Source: an uncultured Bacteroidota bacterium
Lineage (GTDB): Bacteria; Bacteroidota; Ignavibacteria; UBA10030; UBA6906
Length of the DNA: 64,000 bases
Reading direction: 5' to 3'
Assembly: GCA_963700635.1 (NCBI GenBank)
Contig: CAVOYH010000003.1
Coordinates: forward strand, 1,824,001 to 1,888,000
Each line of letters opens with the position of its first letter. The first letter of the stretch is position 1. This document shows, in pieces, positions 61,390 through 64,000 of the stretch. Below the pieces are notes generated by a model. It was given only the letters and a program-made list of their open reading frames with translations. It was not told the origin of the DNA and did not search any database. The position numbers were made by a program, and so were the translations under genes.

Positions 61390-61669
61390 GGTGTACCGTG
61401 TTAGCCTGAATCGCATGTCCCGGCGGAACGGCCTCTGGAGGATCATAGAATCCTGGTGAGTGGAGACAGAGAGCCGTTTCGCGGGAATGCGAGGGCAGCC
61501 GGAGGGAGGTGATGCGCAGAGAGTATTGATACGCCTTTCATGTTCACCATTCCCCGTTCCATCTGTCCTCATCCCGGTCGTATGAGGGTACGACCGCCTG
61601 TGGCGGACTCTGTTCCGTTCACAGGCAGGGGAGGGCAATCCATATCCACATTTCCCAGGGAGAGTCCCC

Positions 61670-64000
61670 ATGAGTAAGAGACTGGTGCTCCTTGCGACGG
61701 TGTTGCTCGTCGTGCCGACGGTGCTGTTCGCCTCTGGCAAGATCCGTGGCAAGATCCTTGACAAGGACACGCGCGAGCCGCTGGTCGGAGCAAATGTCGC
61801 CGTCGCTGGCAGCACGTATGGTGCAGCAGCAGATGTCAACGGCGACTACGTTATTCTGAATATTCCGGCTGGTGTCTATGCCCTCAAAGCGACGTTTGTC
61901 GGTTATGCTCCGACGACCATATCGAACGTCCGTGTGAATAACGACTTGACGACGTCCATGGATTTTTCACTGTCGACCGAGGCTGTGGCACTGCAGGCTG
62001 TTGAGATCGTTGCAGAGCGGCCGCTGGTGAACAAGAGCGCGACGAATGCCGTACGCATCACTACTGCGGATGATATCGCTGCGCTTCCTGTGCGCGGTAT
62101 CAACAACATCCTTGCCCTCTCACCCGGAGTCGTGTTCCAGGATGGCGCCGTGTTTATCCGGGGCGGACGTCTTGATGAAACCGGCTACTATCTGGAGGGC
62201 GTCAATATCCGGAACCCCCTCACCGGGGCCCGGGCTGTGACGCTTGTGCAGGACGCGATTGAGGAAATCCAGGTCCAGGCCGGCGGCTACAATGCCGAAT
62301 TCGGCGGCGCGAACGCGGGCATTATCCAGCAACAGCTCCGCTCGGGCACGTCGAGCTGGAAGGCGAGCGTGCAGTACATCACCGACAACGTCGGCCTGAA
62401 GGGGCGAAGCAAGGCGTTTGACGGCACGAAAGCGCTCGGCGCAAACTGGTTCGGCTATAACGACTTCACCGCAAGCCTCAGCGGACCGGTGCTCAGTGAA
62501 CGGTTCAAATTCTTCGGTCTGTTCAACTATCAGTACCTGCGCGACCAAAATCCCCAGCCCTATCCGGGCATCAATATCGGGAAAGTCGTTGGACAGACGG
62601 GGGACACGCTCGACCTGGTCTATCCTGCCGGCTCCCTGCTGAAGAACCCCCGGCAGGACTTCACGTACACCGGCACACTGACGATGGATTTTTCCCCGAT
62701 CACTGCGCGTCTGGCCGGCACCTTTACGTCGACGACCCAGCATAATCTCTACAATTCCCACCGGAATGCCGGCGCCATCGCCAACCTGCTGAACTCTGCA
62801 CGGACAGAGGAAAACCGTCAGACAAACGGGGCGGGAAGTCTGAGGATAACGCACCTCCTGAATCCCACAACATTCTATGAGGTGACGTTGGGATACTTCC
62901 GGCAGACGCAGAAGCAGCTTGACCCGTACCTGGAGGACGATTTCCTCCACTACGGCGACAGCGTTGCCAACGCGAACGTCGGATGGGTATGGGAACGGTC
63001 AGCGAATGATGTCGCCAGCGGGCAGACCGGACGATATCTTCGTCCGACCCGAAAGGTGCTGTACGACTTCGGGTTCAATGCCCCTGGGGACATCCTTGCT
63101 GCCTACGTCAAGTTCCGCCGTGAGAACATCAGTCTGAACGGTGCGTTCTTCACCCAGGTCGGGAAGGAGCACTCCATCAAGATCGGCGGTGACTTCCAGC
63201 GGTACACCATTCGCAACTTCTCATTTTCGAATGAAGGCGTGTTCCCCATCGCCGGGCTCCTTGCCAGCAACGCTGCGCTTCCCGACAGCGATCCGAACAA
63301 GCTTGCGCCGGAGCAAATCCTCATCAACCGCGGTGTCAACAACTACGGGTATGATGTGTGGGGAAATGAGACGAACGTGGCCGGCATCACGGGTCCGAAA
63401 CACCCCGTGTTTGCCTCCGCATACGTGCAGGATAAGATCGAGTACAATGACCTGGTCGTCAATGTTGGATTGCGCTGGGACTACATCAACATCGACAACT
63501 ACGTGTTTCTTGACGCCACGAAGCCGGACCTCGCAATTAATCCCTACAGCGGGGCTATCGATCCTTCGGGACTTGCGAAGGCGGGCGCTTTCCAGGCGGT
63601 CAGCCCTCGAATCGGCCTCTCCTTCCCCGTGACCGACCAGACGGTGTTCCATACCCAGTTCGGGCAGTTTGTGCAGCAGTCGCGACTGGCCGACGTGTAT
63701 TCAGGCATGTATTCTACGGCGTCGAATGTTCGTGGTGGATTCTACATCCACACGCCCGTCGGGTACGATGTGCGTCCGACGCGAACCACGCAGTATGAGA
63801 TCGGATTCACACAGCAAGTCGGTGACTTCGCGTCATTCGATATCACCGGCTACTACAAGGACATTAAGGACCAGGTGGTGTACGAGCAGTGGAATACCGA
63901 TCCGACATCGGCACTTGGGGCGTACTTTGCGCTGGCCAACGGTGACTTTGCCACCACGAAAGGCGTCGAGGTCACGTTCAACATGCGGCGAAAAAAACGC
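61670..64000 (+). CDS. TonB-dependent receptor with N-terminal CarboxypepD_reg-like domain, 3'-truncated; absent from the ORF track
   Basis: Translated by hand from ATG 61670 (SD GGAGA): MSKRLVLLATVLLVVPTVLFASGKIRGKILDKDTREPLVGANV...NGDYVILNIPAGVY...IRGGRLDE...GGYNAEFG...AYVQDKIEY...SPRIG. Confidence 0.92.
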   Translation, partial: MSKRLVLLATVLLVVPTVLFASGKIRGKILDKDTREPLVGANVAVAGSTYGAAADVNGDYVILNIPAGVYALKATFVGYAPTTISNVRVNNDLTTSMDFSLSTEAVALQAVEIVAERPLVNKSATNAVRITTADDIAALPVRGINNILALSPGVVFQDGAVFIRGGRLDETGYYLEGVNIRNPLTGARAVTLVQDAIEEIQVQAGGYNAEFGGANAGIIQQQLRSGTSSWKASVQYITDNVGLKGRSKAFDGTKALGANWFGYNDFTASLSGPVLSERFKFFGLFNYQYLRDQNPQPYPGINIGKVVGQTGDTLDLVYPAGSLLKNPRQDFTYTGTLTMDFSPITARLAGTFTSTTQHNLYNSHRNAGAIANLLNSARTEENRQTNGAGSLRITHLLNPTTFYEVTLGYFRQTQKQLDPYLEDDFLHYGDSVANANVGWVWERSANDVASGQTGRYLRPTRKVLYDFGFNAPGDILAAYVKFRRENISLNGAFFTQVGKEHSIKIGGDFQRYTIRNFSFSNEGVFPIAGLLASNAALPDSDPNKLAPEQILINRGVNNYGYDVWGNETNVAGITGPKHPVFASAYVQDKIEYNDLVVNVGLRWDYINIDNYVFLDATKPDLAINPYSGAIDPSGLAKAGAFQAVSPRIGLSFPVTDQTVFHTQFGQFVQQSRLADVYSGMYSTASNVRGGFYIHTPVGYDVRPTRTTQYEIGFTQQVGDFASFDITGYYKDIKDQVVYEQWNTDPTSALGAYFALANGDFATTKGVEVTFNMRRKKR

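Noticed and set aside
61101-61669. Cobalamin, TPP or other known riboswitch; SRP or 6S RNA
   Set aside because: I could not find a convincing B12 box, TPP core or SRP loop by eye; kept as an unknown structured leader.
247-63652. Hundreds of antisense and alternate-frame ORFs in the track (e.g. 15294-16361 -, 17346-18434 -, 57105-58337 -, 60763-61839 -)
   Set aside because: Shadows of real genes in high-GC DNA; no motifs or start context.
1-64000. Mobile elements, prophage, defence systems, tRNA or rRNA
   Set aside because: No transposase, integrase, phage, nuclease or reverse transcriptase motifs and no structural RNA signatures seen.

Overview
GC-rich bacterial window. A T9SS-type C-terminal sorting domain (NYPNPFNP), a Y_Y_Y-propeller LytS kinase and a CarboxypepD_reg-type TonB receptor point to the Bacteroidota/Ignavibacteria (FCB) group; this is inference. 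Four blocks. (1) 1-44418: about 31 co-oriented, mostly translationally coupled + strand genes forming a non-SusCD glycan/glycoside catabolic locus (Asp-box propellers, GH37-, GH38- and GH88-like hydrolases, heparinase II/III-like proteins, three paralogs of an unnamed family, ABC and SSS transporters, sugar kinases, aldolase, glycerate kinase, three amide hydrolase families, one URO-D/MtaA-like protein). (2) 44427-51540: a convergent cobalamin-dependent methyl-transfer module (three more URO-D/MtaA-like proteins, corrinoid protein, homocysteine methyltransferase, DUF1638, RACo/ASKHA activator), with an apparently leaderless divergent promoter at 50317-50409. (3) 51578-55754: T9SS protein, PhyH dioxygenase, polysaccharide deacetylase. 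(4) 55859-64000: LytS kinase flanked by one atypical and one canonical LytTR regulator, a HEAT protein, and a TonB-dependent receptor (missing from the ORF track) with a structured leader and a promoter motif shared with the kinase gene. Best candidate for an undescribed system: B12-dependent demethylation of methylated sugars feeding a folate-independent split methionine synthase. Four +1 frameshifts at 6.6-9.0 kb are probably sequencing errors. No rRNA, tRNA, CRISPR or mobile element seen. All family calls come from reading motifs, not database searches.
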